Position numbers and translations under genes: made by a program | Shown: positions 14,654 to 28,029 of the stretch, piece after piece | Position numbering within the stretch: the first letter of the stretch is position 1 | Layout: each line of letters starts with the position of its first letter | The notes under the pieces: model-generated | Database searches by the model: none | What the model was told of the DNA's origin: nothing | The model's input: the letters and a program-made list of their open reading frames with translations, nothing else | From: Eledone cirrhosa | Taxonomy: Eukaryota | DNA: 64,000 nucleotides | NCBI GenBank assembly: GCA_964016885.1 | Contig: OZ024743.1 | Span: forward strand, 238,762,001-238,826,000 | Direction: 5' to 3'

Positions 14654-16664
14654 ATATACGGGAAGCGATCTCTGACTGCACGAGGGGTAAATCGCCAGGT
14701 TTGGATGGTCTACACTACGAGCTTTATGCGTACATGCCACACTTCTTCGGTGACCTCTTGGCAGATGTCTACTGCAAATTGCAGCAGAACGGTACCATTC
14801 TCAGTTTTGTGAGCCGAGGAGTTGTGGCGCTGCTGAGAAAAGACCCGAACAATGGGGACGTTTTAGGCAACTTCAGGCCCATAACATTGCTAAACACATA
14901 GTTCAAGATTTTAGCCAAGGTGTTAGCAAAGAGATTGGCGCTTGTCGTTGATAATCTGGTGGGAGAGGCGCAGACATGCGCCATTCCGGACAGATCCATC
15001 CACGACAATCTCCATCTCATGCGATACATCATAGAGAGGGTGGTTAACGAACCTGGCACGGGTGGGGCTCTGATCAACTTGCATCAATCTAAAGCATTTG
15101 ATAGGGTTGACCATCGGTACCTGGCTGCGGTCCTCGAGGAGGGCGGCTTCGGGCCCGTTTTTAGAGGCTGGATCGCTGCGATGCACAGCGACATCTGGTT
15201 GATTGTGAGGGTGAATGGTCACCTCTCGCAGCCATTCAGCATCATGCGCTCGGTCCGCCAAGGTTGTCCTCTCTCGTCCGTCTTGTACGTACTGGCTCTC
15301 GAGCCATTACTGCACGAAATTGGAGATGATGAGGGGGATACCTTGCGAACTGGGATGCGGAAGATCCGTGTCAGCTTATGCTGACGACGGCCGTCTCTGA
15401 AAGGTCGGGCGGAGATGGCGAATGTGTAATCGCGTCCATCATCTGCTACTGCCTGACCGTCGTACCTTTCCCCCGTCCAACTCTGACCAAAATGGAGCGC
15501 CTTCTCTCCCACTTTTTGTGGTAGGGACGTGATCCGATGGTCACACGATCCATCTGCTGTCAGCACCCGTTGCGTGGAGGACTGGGCATGCCGTGGCTAA
15601 TGATGCGCGAACATGCGCTGAGGCTGAGACATCTCTGGTGCGTCTTTGACGGTGAATAGGTGTAGTCGCCGTTTGCCAGACACGCTTTTTCCAGCTCGTC
15701 TCCTTGACGGAGCTACAGTCCTGGATAAGAATTAGACCGAGGGATAGCGCTTGGAAGCTGGAATGTCTCCAGGCGCTCACCCCTACCAGCTGGGCACTGA
15801 TATCGGTGGACCATCCACCTTGGCATTCTATAGAGGGCTAATGGAGGGGAAGAGCGCCGACGATCTCCCGGAGACCCTGGACGTCGAAGAAGATCAGCTG
15901 TTTGCTCTCTTCAAGAGAACTTTCAGCCCAGGTCCTATGGACAATTTCCAGAAATCCCTGGCCTGGCAGTGCTACCGGGGCGCGTTGCCGGTTCGGGATA
16001 AACTCTACAGACACGGAGATGCTGTCAGCCGAGCCTGTCCGAGATGCGCACAGGAAGACGAAACCGTCCTATATGCACTCGTTCAATGCCCAAGAATAGC
16101 TGACTTGTGGAGCTATGTCGAACAGCTGCTGTCGCGTGTAGGACGGATCCGGTTACCGAATGAGTCCATTGTGCAGATAACCCTACCATCCTCCTTTAAA
16201 GAGGAGGAAGGGCAAGCAGTCTTCATCTGCCTGGTGGCCATGACGAAAGAGATTGTGTGGTGGACAAGGTTGAAAGGGTTGAACACGAACACTTTCCTCT
16301 CCGGCCAATCCCTGATTAACTTTTTCAAGTTTCACTTGAAGAGGAAAATCAGGGTGGAAAGGCAAGTGCTGTCTTCTAGTAAGTTTGTTGAAAGGTGGGT
16401 GAAAGTGGCGAATCTAGTCCGAGTGAACGGGCCCACTCTGAGTATGCGCCTGTAGACTGAGGAGTGGGAAAAGTGAGAGAGGGCGATGCCCTGATGGTCA
16501 GCGTGGCCGTGGTCTTTTGTGTGGTTTTCGCCATCAGTGACACTCGGAAGCTTCCCCCTTATTTTTGTTGTTTGAATTTTAATTTATTTTACATGTTTCT
16601 GTCTTTTGTAACCTTTTTACACGGCCAAAACCCACTTTGTAACGGCCTGTGCCGTTTGTAATGT
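14654..16664 (+). mobile_element. Tx1-type LINE copy A (5'-truncated in RT, 3' tail missing)
   Basis: KSPGLDG, FRPITLLN, KAFDRVDH, VRQGCPLS, YADD, C-terminal CPRC..ETVLYALVQC zinc motif, stop at 16455; follows (TTA)n. Confidence 0.92.
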
Positions 16665-19600
16665 TGTCCACAATTTAAAATAGTCGACTACAGAGACCAC
16701 AAATTTGTGATCTGTGAGATCGACATAGACAGACTTCATAGAGAAGGACCCGGTTACTGGAAGCTGAACGCGTCTTTCCCGGCGCGCAAAGCCTACAGAG
16801 ACCGGATTAGCGTATTAGTTAAGCGGGCGTTGAAGGGAGCGGTCGTCAACAAAAGGTGGTGGTTCGCCCTGAAAGGGGCTATTAAAGTAGAGTCGATTAG
16901 GTTTAGCAAAGGACTAGTGATAGAGGAAAATAGAGTAGAGGGAGAGCTAGTCAGAAAGCTAGAAGAGGCGTTTAGGAGAAGCATCGCAACTGACGTGCTT
17001 GCGGCGAGATTGGGACTCGACCAATTCTTCAACGCAAGACACGAAGGCTGCGTTGTCAGGGCTAGAGCGCTTGCTCTGAAACACAAGGGGACAAAAGCCG
17101 TTTAATGGGCCCGGGTGGCAGAGGCGCGAAGTGGCAACAAAGCCACGATTCGGTCTTTATCTGACCAAAATGGGCGCGTGTTGCTCGAAACCGAGCAGAT
17201 CTGTGAAGCTTTTCAGAAGCACTTTGCTGAACTGTTCAGGAGCAGCGGAGGGCCGGATCGGGTATGGACTTCAGTGCATACCTCGACGGACTGCCTCGGC
17301 TCTCGACGACAGCAGCACAGTGTTTCGAAAAGCCAATAACAGCCGGTGATATACGGCAAGCGATGGCTAACTGCACGAGGAGTAAATCGCCAGGTTTGGA
17401 TGGTCTGCCCTACGAGCTTTATGCATTTACGCCAGACTTGTTCGGTGACCTCTTGGCAGACATCTACTGCAACTGGCAGCAGAACGGGAGCATTCCCAGT
17501 TTTGTGAGCCGGGGAGCGGTGGCGCTGCTGAGAAAAGACCCGAACAAGGGGGATGATATCGATAACTTCAGGCCCATAACTCTGCTAAACGCAGAGTTCA
17601 AGATTTTGGCCAAGGTGTTAACAACGAAGTTGGTGCTTGTCGTTAAGTGCCTGGTGGGAGAGGCGCAGACATACACCATTCCGGACAGATCCATACACGA
17701 CAACCTCCACCTCATGCGATACATCATAGAGAGGGTGGTTAAGGAATCTGGCACGGGTGAGGCCCTGATCAACTTGGATCAATCCAAAGGATTCGATAGG
17801 GTCGACCATCGGTACCTGGTGGCGGTCCTTGAGGCGGCTGGTTTCGAGCCCGTTTGTAGGGGTTGGATCGCTGCGATGTACAGCGACATATGCTCAGTTG
17901 TGAGGGTGAATGGTCACCTGTCGCAGCCGTTCAGCATCATGCGCTCGGTCCGCCAGGGTTGTCCCCTCTCGTCCCTCTTGTACGTATTGACTCTCGAGCC
18001 GTTACTGCACAAACTGGGGCCCATGAGGGGTGTCCGACGCGAACCAGGATGCGGGAAATCCGAATCGGCTTACGCCGACGACGTCACCGTGGTGGTGTCG
18101 AGCAGCAGACACGTCCAGATGCTCCGCACCGCTCACAAGTAATACGAATATGTGACAGGAGCAAAGATAAACCAGGAAAAGTCGGTGGGCTTGCAACTCG
18201 GCACCTGGAGAGGCAAGTCCATGCCGTCCAACAGCGTCGTGGGGTGTTGGGCGGACGGACCGGTTAAATTGCTCGGTCTCTGATTCGGACCGGACCTCCA
18301 GATGGAGAAAAACTGGAGTGAGGGGACGAGCAAGGTGGCCTCCCTCACCCAGAAATGGGCCGAGGGGAAGCTCTCTCTGAAAGGCCGGGCGGAGGTGGCG
18401 AATGCGTACATCGCATCCGTCATCTGCTACCGCCTCACCCTCGTCCCTTGCCCCGGTCCAACTCTCCCCAAAATGGAGCGCCTCCACTTCCGCTTTTTGT
18501 GGAAGGGACGCGCTCCCTTGGTCAACGATCCATCTGCTGTCAACACCCGTTACGTGGAGGACTGGGCATGCCATTGCTGATGATGCGCAAACATGCGCTG
18601 AGACTGCGACATCTCTGGTGCTTTCTTGCCGTTCACCAGGCACGTTTTCTCACAGCTCGGAGCTGCAGTCCTGTGCCAGGAAAAGACCGAGGCATAGCGC
18701 TTGGAAACTGGAATGTCTCCAGGCGTTCACTACCCTCTGCCAGTTGGGCACCAGTATCGGTGGAACATCCACCTCGGCGTTCTATAGAGGACTAGTAGAG
18801 GGGAAGATCGACGATGTTCTCGGAGAGATCCTGGGCGTCGAAGAAGATCTGCTGTTTGCTCTCTTCCGGAGAACTTTCATCCCAGGGCCTATGGATAACT
18901 TCCAAAAATCCCTGGCCTGGCATTGCTACTGAGCAGCGTTGCCGGTTCGAGATAAGCTCTACAGGCACGGAAGTGCCGTCAGCCGAGCCTGTCCGAGATG
19001 CGCGCAGAGCGACGAAACCGTCGTGCACGCACTCGTTCAGTGTCCGAGCATTGCTGACTTGTGGAGCTATGTCGAACAGTTGCTTTCGCGTGTAGGACTG
19101 ACCCGGTTATCGACTGAGTCTATTGTGCAGATGGTCTCGCTGTTTTCCTTCGAGGAGGAAGGGCAGGCGGTTTTCATCTGCCTGGTAGCCATGGCGAAAG
19201 AGATTGTGTGGTGGACAAGGTTGAAAGGGTTAAAGACAGATACTTTCCTATTCGGCGAATCCCTAATTAACTTTTTCAAGTTTCACTTGAAGACGAAAAA
19301 TCAGGGTGGAGAGGCAAGTGCTGCTTTCTAGCAAGTTTGATGAAAGGTGGGTGAATGTAGCGAGAATGGTCCAAGTGAACGGGACCGCTCTGAATATACG
19401 CCTGTAGTTTGAGAAATGGAAAAATTGAGATAGGGCGCTTGCCCTGGTGGTCAGGCTGGCCGTGGCCTTTTGTGTGGTTTTCGCCAGGTAACCCTCGGAG
19501 GTTTTCCCCCCTATTGGGGAATTTTTCATTGTTTCAATTTTCATTTTTATTGTTTATATATATATATGTTTCTATGTCTTTTTCTTTTTCTTTTCTTATA

Positions 19601-19723
19601 TAAATGATAAAAATCTTTACACGAACAATACACACATCGTACCGTCCTGTGCCGTCTGTAATGTTTTTCTTGATGTCAGCCCTTGTGGGCAATAAAGAAA
19701 TAATAATAATTATTATTATTATT
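16665..19723 (+). mobile_element. Tx1-type LINE copy B (starts in the C-terminus of the APE domain)
   Basis: DHKFV..GPGYWKLNAS, RT motifs, zinc motif, stop at 19407, 3'UTR ending AATAAAGAAA(TAA/ATT)n. Confidence 0.93.
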
Positions 19724-19789
19724 ATGCACTGGGTAATTGCTGGCCTTGTGCCAAAGGTAGAAACAATTATTATTATTATTATTATTATT
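19724..19789 (+). mobile_element. 3' tail fragment of the (ATT)n SINE between LINE B and LINE C
   Basis: ATGCACTGGGTAATTGCTGGCCTTGTGCCAAAGGTAGAAACA(ATT)8. Confidence 0.9.
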
Positions 19790-19994
19790 GGTCTAAGCGG
19801 ACGTATTTTGTCGCTCCCAGTAAGTCGCTTTATTTGCCTGTTAAAATTATTTGTTGTTAAATATTTCTTGTTGTGTAAGGGATATAAGCACTTAGACTTT
19901 GCCCTGTGAAGGGGAAAGCATAATATTTGGGCCTTTTGGCTCAAATATTTGAATATTTTTTTACATATCTAAACATTTACGGAGAAAAAAAAAC

Positions 19995-21951
19995 ATGGCT
20001 GAGCCGCGCCTCCCAGCGATATGTCTGCTGTTAAGCGGAGCGCTACAGCGAAATTAACACAAATTGATAACACAAACACCACCACAAAAAATGTAAACAA
20101 AGACACCAATGATACCAATGAGAACACTAATTTTTAAAAAAATGACAGTAACAGCGACAACGAAAATACAGATAACAAAAAAAAAAAATACAACAACAAT
20201 ATCAACACCACTAACATGAAAACAAATAGCGACAACACCAACAGCAACAATACCAACTGCACCGAGAACAACAGCGGCACCAAAGACAACAATGATAACA
20301 GCGACAGTGCTAACAACAACACCAACAAGAACAACGACAACGACCACAACACACTCAACGAAAACAAGAAGGACACTTTCGCTGCGGCAGCAGCAAAAAA
20401 GAGGCCATGCTTCAACATGGACCTCTTAAACAAAGATGAAAAGTTGGCCCAGGCATGGAAGCTCATCAAGCAAGAGCAAACCTGGGCCAACTTAACTGTC
20501 CCGGTAGAAGCTATTGAGGCAGTGGAGCGCAGAACGGTGCATTATAGATGCAGCTCAGCACAAACCAAAAGGGCAGCTTTAATTTAACAAGAAGATGTCG
20601 AAGTCGCGCTGAGGTGCATCAGAGAAGACACCGAATATATAGAGAGGGGCAGACAGTACGGCACCATTTCGGTGTTGTTCAAGTCAGAAGCCCTCGCTAT
20701 GAAACACGCTGACTCCTTGCAAAACCAGCACGGTCATAATGTACCCCTCCCATATGGGAAAAAGAACGGCCCGTCTCCGCATTCCCAGAATCCCACCAGG
20801 ACTTGACATGTGGTGGCTTCTGGGATGTGTGATTGTGGAGGGGACGGATACCCTCCCTATAGAAGTGACCAGAACGGGCATAGAGGACTGGTCCGGGGTT
20901 GACCTGGAGATACTTCTCCAGATCAGGCCCGAGAATGTGAAGACAATCCCGGACCACATCCGCCTTCAGAATGGGACGGTCATTCACATTATGACCGAAG
21001 CAAAGAGGCCGCATTGTTTTGTTTGTGGGGAAAAAACCCATTTGCGAGCCTTCTGCCCTCAACTGCTGAAAGAGGCAAGGGGTCGAAAGGCTCCACTGCT
21101 GCCGACGCCGGGGCGAGGACCACAACCAACACCAGCACCGGCAAAACCACCAACAACAACACCAATAGAAAGACCACCACCAACATTGACCACCCAGGGG
21201 GGAAACGAGGAAAGCTGTCAAATTCCCCCTCCCCCCCAAAATACACACACCAATAAAACCATAAACATACATACAGACACACTTACAGACACAGACCCCT
21301 CATCTACCAGTAGTGAAGATGAGGGAAAACCCAAATCCCTCGAAATACAAAAAAGGAAACACAAAAAGAAAAACAAAAACTCAATAAAGCACAAAATCAC
21401 CCACAATAAAAAACGCAGACACCACCCACGCAAACATCTCTCCAATAACACCAACATCAACACCACCATCACCATCACCAGAATCCCACAAACGCAAACA
21501 ATCTAAACAGACGCAAGAACAAATATACACACAAACATCTGAAACCACAGACACCGCACTCACAACAAACACAGATACAACCGAAACAGCACCACCAAAA
21601 CCATCACCACCACAGCCACGCAAACAAATAAAATCACACCAACAAAACATACAAAACTTCGTACTCGTCAGGAGGGCCAACAAGAAACTGATGGCCCTCG
21701 TAGCACGAAGTGAAAATATACAAAAAGAGGGGGACATTTTTTAATCGAGCACATTTCTCGTGCCGGGAGATTTGGTTCTGGTGCGAATGTCGCTCGATAT
21801 ATTCAAAGAAATACGAGACAGCTTTCCTCCGGACGTGGGAACCCCGAACGTAAAACCCACTTCAAGACTTTTAAAGGGGTTCCCAAAAGAAAGAAACCAC
21901 ACCAACTATGGAGGTCGAACAACTCGACCTTCACAAGAGCTCGGAAGGTAA
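19995..21951 (+). pseudogene. LINE C ORF1 (Asn-rich N-terminus, central RRM-like region, CX2CX4HX4C knuckle)
   Basis: CFVCGEKTHLRAFC; homologous to copy D ORF1; several frameshifts. Confidence 0.8.
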
Positions 21952-21986
21952 GTAAACCTTCCTCTCTCTCTTTTTAACCTGCCAAC

Positions 21987-24900
21987 ATGGCCGTAATAAG
22001 AGTAGAATGTTTAAATGTTCGAGGCCTGGGATAGTCCTGGAAGCAGGGTCACCTGCTCAACGACCTCAGGTCTATAGAAATGGATGTAATTGCAGTCAGC
22101 AAGACCAGGATTTCCGACACGCGCGCACTAGCCCCCATTTTCGACGACTATCAGATCTTTGCATCTGTTAGCCGGCCGGGAATGGGAGGCGGGGTGGCAG
22201 TGCTGTTTAGGAAAGGCCTGGATCTCGAGGTAAGGTGGATTTCCGGGACCCGGACGGGAAGTTGGTGGTCCTGGACGTGAACAAGGTGGTGCTTTTAGAC
22301 TGGCGGCCGTCTATGCTCCTACTGGGGCAGGACCGCCGGACTTCTTTAGACGCGTGGAAGCCTTTCTGGGTACGTATCGCCCTTTACTGTTAGCGGGGGA
22401 CTGGAACGGCATCTTAGACGCACGCTGTGACTGTGTGGGAGTATCCGATAGGAGCGGGGCGTGCAAAAGCCTCAAGAACCTGATCAGCCAGTTCCAAATG
22501 TCTGACAGATACCGACTAGATTTCCCTAATACGCCAGTGTGGACCTGGGCTAACCGCATAGGGTCATCTAGATCGTATATAGACAGGATATTCATTAGGA
22601 AAATAAACAGAAATAGTGTAAGCTGTCCACGTTTTGAAACGGTCGCCTATTCAGATCACAGGTTTGTGATCTGTATGGTCGACCTAGATAAGACGCGTAG
22701 GTTAGGGCCTGGTTACGGGAAGCTAAATATGTCATTTCCGGCACGTAAGGCTTACAGGGACCAGGTCAACAATTTAGTTAAGAAAAAGTTGACAGGGGGA
22801 GTCGTCAACAATAGATGTTGGGGGGCTCACAAAAGAGAGATTAGAGTAATGTCGATAGAGTTTAGCAAAGAAGTAGCGTTAGAGAAAAATAGAAAGGAGG
22901 GGGAGTTGGTAGATAAGTTAGACGAGGCTATTGGTAGTGGCATTGCAACTGACGTGCTAGCGGCGAGAATGGCATTAGACCATTTCTTCAATGCAAAACA
23001 TGAAGGTTGCATTGTCAGAGCTAAGGCGCGTGCTCTGAGAAACGAGGGAACCAACGCTGTTCGATGGGCCCGCGTCGCAGAGGCGCAGCGTGGTAATAAA
23101 ATCACGATTCGGTCTCTGACAGACCGAGACGGGCACGAGCTGAGCGATTCCAAGAGGATGTGTGAGGCCTTTCTCCAACATTTTCCTCGGTTGTTCGGGG
23201 GAAGTGGCGGGTCATAGATGGTGACGGACTTCAGTCCCTACCTCGATGGCTTGCCGCAACTCTCGACGGCTGACGCTTGGCGCTGCGAAAGGTCAATTAC
23301 TTCAGCCGAAATTCAGGATGCCCTTGACGGCTGCATGAGGCGCCAGTCACTCGGTTTGGATGGTCTGCCTTACGAGCTTTACGTAAATATGCCAGACTTG
23401 TTCTCCAATCTCCTCGAAGCCCTCTACTGCAACTGGCAGCAAAACGGGAGTATTCCCAGTTCTGTGAGCCGGGGCTTAGTGACGCTGATAAGGAAAGACG
23501 AGAACAAGAGGGACACATTAGACAATTTCAGGCCCATAACTCTGCACAGCACAGAGTTTAAGATTTTGGCCAGGGTGTTAGCGAAGAGGTTGGCGCTTGT
23601 CATCGGGGATTTGGTTGGGGAGGCGCAAACTTGCGCAATCCCAGCCAGGTCCATACACGACAATCTCCACCTCATGCGATACATCATAGAGAGGGTATGG
23701 TGTAAACCTGGCTTCGGTGGGGCTCTGATCAATTTAGATCAATCAAAAGCATTCGATAGGGTCGACCATCGGTACCTGTAGGCTGTCCTCAAGGCGGCTG
23801 GCTTCGGCCCCGTCTTCAGAAGCTAGATCGCTGCAATGCACAGCGGCACCTGCTCGGTGGTCAAAATTAATGGCCACCTTTCGGAACCGTTTCAGGTCTC
23901 CCGATCGGTCTGTCAAGGGTGCCCTCTCTCCTCCCTTCTGTACGTACTGACTCTCGAGCCTTTACTGCGGAAGCTGGAGCTGTTGCAGGGCATCCCGATC
24001 GAACCGGGACGCGGAAAGGCTGTGTCGGCTTATGCGGACGATATCACCGTGATGGTGTTGGACACCTCAGAAATCGAGGTGGTCGGCAACTTATTGGAGG
24101 AATATGAAAGGTTGACGGGAGCAAAACTTAACCCGGAAAAGTCGGTGGGCTTGCAACTCGGCACCTGGAAAGGCAAGTCCATGCCATCCCGCAGCTAGAC
24201 GCTGGACGGACCGGTAAAGTTGCTAGGGGTTTGGTTCAGGCCAGACCTCCAGGTGGATAAGAATTGGGACGAGGTGACGGGCAGGGTAGCCAGTCTCATC
24301 CAGAAATGGGCTGGGATGAAGCTATCACTGAAAGGTCTGACCGTCGTCCCTTGCCCCCGTTCGCGCCTCGCCATCTGGGAGCGGCCCCTCTTAAAATTCT
24401 TGTGGAGGGGTCCATCTGCTGCCAACACCCTCTACGTGGAGGGCTGGGCATGTCGTGGCTAATGTTGCGCAGGCACGCGCTGAGGCTGCGGCATCTCCAG
24501 AAAATCTGCCTAAACGGTGAACAGGTGTGGTCGCCGTTTGTCAGACGGGTCTTTCCGCAGCTCGTCTCTTTGACTGAGCTGCAGTCCTGGGTCAAGAAGA
24601 GACCGAGACTGGGTGACTGGCATCTGGAATGTTGCCAGGCACTCACTGCCCTCTACCAGGCGGGCAATGCGGTCAGTGGTACTTCCACTCTCAAGTTTTA
24701 TAGAAGATTAGTGGTGGGCAAGTGCGACGACGCACTCGGAGAGGCTCTGGGAGTCAACGAAGTCGAACTAACGAGTCTGTACCGGAGGACTTTCGAGCCG
24801 GGGACGATGGATAATTTCCAAAAATCCCTCGCTTGGCAGTGCTACCGGGGGGCACTGCCGGTTCGAGATAAACTCTACAGGTACGGAAGTGCTGTCAGAC

Positions 24901-25321
24901 GGACCTGCCTGAGATGCGCGCAGAGCGACGAAACCGTTCTGCACGCACTCGTCCAGTGTCCGTGCATTACTGACTTGTGGATTTATGTTGAACAGCTGTT
25001 GTCGCGTGTAGAACGGATCCGGCTGTCGCCGAGTCCATAGTGATGATCGACCCGCCGCCTTCTTTTGGCCAGGAAGGGCAGGCAATTTTCTTCTGTCTGG
25101 TGGCAGTAGCGAAAGAGGTTGTATGGTGGACGAGGTTGAAAGGACTGAAGACAGACACTTTTCTCTTCGGCCAATCCCTCATCAACTTTTTCAAGTTTCA
25201 CTTGGAAAGGAAGGTGAGGGTGGAGAGAGAAGTGCTTCCCCCCAGTACATTTGCTGAAAGGTGGGTGAATGTGGCGAGAATGGCCCGTGTGAGTGGGCCT
25301 ACTCTGGTCATGTGGCTGTAG
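21987..25321 (+). pseudogene. LINE C ORF2 (APE endonuclease + RT + zinc motif)
   Basis: LNVRGL, GDWN, SYIDRIF, SDH, YADD, CLRC..HALVQC; internal stops and frameshifts. Confidence 0.9.
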
Positions 25322-25833
25322 GTAGGTAAATTTGAGGAGGAGAGGGGTGCCCTTCCAGGGTGCTCTCGAAGCGTCGGGTCGTTCAGCAATGGTGGGGTAC
25401 CTGAGCGAACCATAGGTGGTCATCCCTCCTATTGGGGAATTTTTTCTTGTAATTTTATTGTTACTTTATTGTTACTTTGTTATTGTTACTTTGGTATCGT
25501 TGTTCATATTGTTTACTCGATTTTTCTGTAAAACCCCACTGTCCCAGTCTTTTGTATTGTACCCTATATGTCGCCCCTTATGGCTAATAAATGAAATCAT
25601 TATTATTATTATTATTAATGAATGCTATGGTTGACGGAGGCTCGGCTCTGTAAGGTATTGTAAATTTTGACAGCTATAACAATTGTAAATTGTTTAAAAC
25701 TTTAACCAAATTGTAGGCAAAAACAACCTCCTCCTCGTGAGAGGGGTCTTTCTCCCCATTATTTGGCCCTTCAGGGTTAAATAACCGCTTATTGGGGTTT
25801 TGTGCCCAATATTTATTTTAAACAAAAAATAAC

Positions 25834-26139
25834 ATGGCAACGAAAAAAAATTTTCATAGGTCTCTCCCACTCATTCCGTCTTCTTCTTCCTCAATCGTCA
25901 CTAAAGCAGAGAGAAGATTGTCTCTCTCCCTCCCTTCTCCAAATGTGTCTCTCTCCCTCACTTCTCTTTCGCAAGCGACGCCAGAAAATAAAAATGCCGT
26001 GCAAAGCGTGCAAGATTTCTCCACGACGACGACGACAACGACGAAAAAGGTGTGCGGGAAATACGAAAACTCATTTCATTCGTCTGACGTCATGAATAAT
26101 AGCAGTAGCAGCCGTAATAATAGCAATAGCAGCCGTAAT

Positions 26140-26174
<35 letters not shown>

Positions 26175-28027
26175 TGACAAGGAAAACAACAGTAGCAGCC
26201 GCAACAGCATCAGCAGCAGCATAAACAACAACAGCATTAACAGCAACAGCAACAACAACAGCAGCAGCAGCAACAACAACAACAACCACAGCAACAGCGG
26301 CGGCTGCAGTAGTCGTAGTACCTGCAGCAACAACAAAAGTAACAGCAGCTCTGACGACGACAACAACAACAACAACAGCAGCAAAAAAAAACCAATCTCG
26401 TTTGCAGGTATCGCAAAGAACCTGGAAACCATCCTCATAACAAATGAGGAATTAGAGGAAGCGAAGAAGATGGTGACGAAATCCGGACACCGAGCAATCT
26501 GCAAGGCAGCCGAAACATTTTCGAAACCCTACAGCACTGTACGGTCGCGTACCGTACAGCAAGCACAAAATCCAGTACGGTTGAAAGAGCCACAGAGGCT
26601 CAAATACAAAAAGCTTTAGGGTCTGTCTGGCAGCGGAAAACGCACATCACCCGAAGCAAGAAATATGCCACCGTAGACGTGCTTTTTGCCACACCCCAGG
26701 AGGCAAAGGCTCAATCCGTAGTGACCCTTGGGAGCGAGGAAATGGTGTTGGTGCTCTCCTACTGCGGGCAAAACATTGTGAGGGTCAAACTGACACACGT
26801 CCCTCCCGGGATGGCCCCTTCTTGGTTGGCCGCGTCTGTCCTCGTCGGAAGCGAGGACAAAACAACTGTACTGCAAGTACAGAAAAAAGTAAGAGAAGAT
26901 TGGGTCGGCACCTCCATTGAGATGTTAATCCAAACCAACCAGGAGTGCATCGAAGCTATCCCGGATGTGATAGACTTCGATAACGGCACTCAACTGCCCA
27001 TAAGTGTTGAGGGCAAACGCCCGAAATGCTATCGCTGTGGATCGAAGACTCACCTCAGGGCCTTCTGCAACGAGAAGATCCTGAGAAAGGAGAAAACCCC
27101 CTCCTTCCGAAACCGGCTCCATGGCTACCAGCAACAGGACAAGCGGCAACTAGGAACGATAGGTCCATGGCACCCATACCCACGCCACGGAAATCAAGAA
27201 CAGCAGCAGCAGTGGAAGTATTAACAACAAAAACAGCAATACCAAATGCAACTGCAACAGAGACTCCACTGCAAACATCACCAACAACAACAAGTGAAAG
27301 AGTGGAGCTGGTACCCCTTCCCGACCTCACAGAATCAGACATGGTGTGTGAGGTGGGAGAGGGATGGCAAAAGGTCGTAAGAAGGCACAAATGCAGAAGC
27401 AGCGCATCGTCGCCTTCGAAAAGGGAGGAAAGAAATGAAAAAAGGGTAAAGACTACTGCAAAGAGACTCACAGCAGCAACACCACCAATACCATCACAAC
27501 CCACACTAGCACCACCATCACCACCGGCGACAACCCCACCGCCAACAACAACAACACTTTCAACACCACCACTACAAGCACCAACATCGCAAACACAACA
27601 ACAAAACACACACACCCAGCAACAACGACAAGAAAATAGCAGAACCACAATCCACCCCCCGAAAAACAAATGCACGGCAATAAATACACACAACAAGAAA
27701 CTAATGACTTACATAATTGAACAGACAGACATTTCACAGCACGACTACATAATACCAGCACCAATAAAAACGCCAACGAACATAAGACTGCTAAAAATAG
27801 CACAGAAACAATACACAAACATTAAAACGAAATTCCCCAACGCAGTTGGTGATTTCAGAGACCTAGGAGGGACTCTCAACCGGAGAGTATATTCGGATAT
27901 ACTCATAGAAGAGCCGACGACCAGCCGAAGGGACGATTCAACGTTCCCTTCACCAGACGATCAAGTGAAAAGGGATGGAGAAACCATCCTTCCTCTTTTC
28001 CACTCCATTTTTTCCACTCCATTTTAA
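25834..28027 (+). pseudogene. LINE D ORF1 (poly-S/N N-terminus, CCHC knuckle, P/T-rich linker)
   Basis: CYRCGSKTHLRAFC; overlapping ORF pieces separated by frameshifts. Confidence 0.8.
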
Positions 28028-28029
28028 AC

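Larger units (their letters stand above)
19790..25617 (+). mobile_element. Tx1-type LINE copy C, full-length but decayed
   Basis: 5'UTR, ORF1 with CCHC knuckle, ORF2 APE-RT-zinc, 3'UTR, AATAAA and (ATT)6. Confidence 0.93.

Noticed and set aside
25725-25750. CCTCCTCGTG resembling the L3 loop of R2-type HDV-like ribozymes in the LINE D 5'UTR
   Set aside because: Could not build P1, P1.1, P2 and J4/2 in the required order; it fits a simple GNRA hairpin shared with copy C
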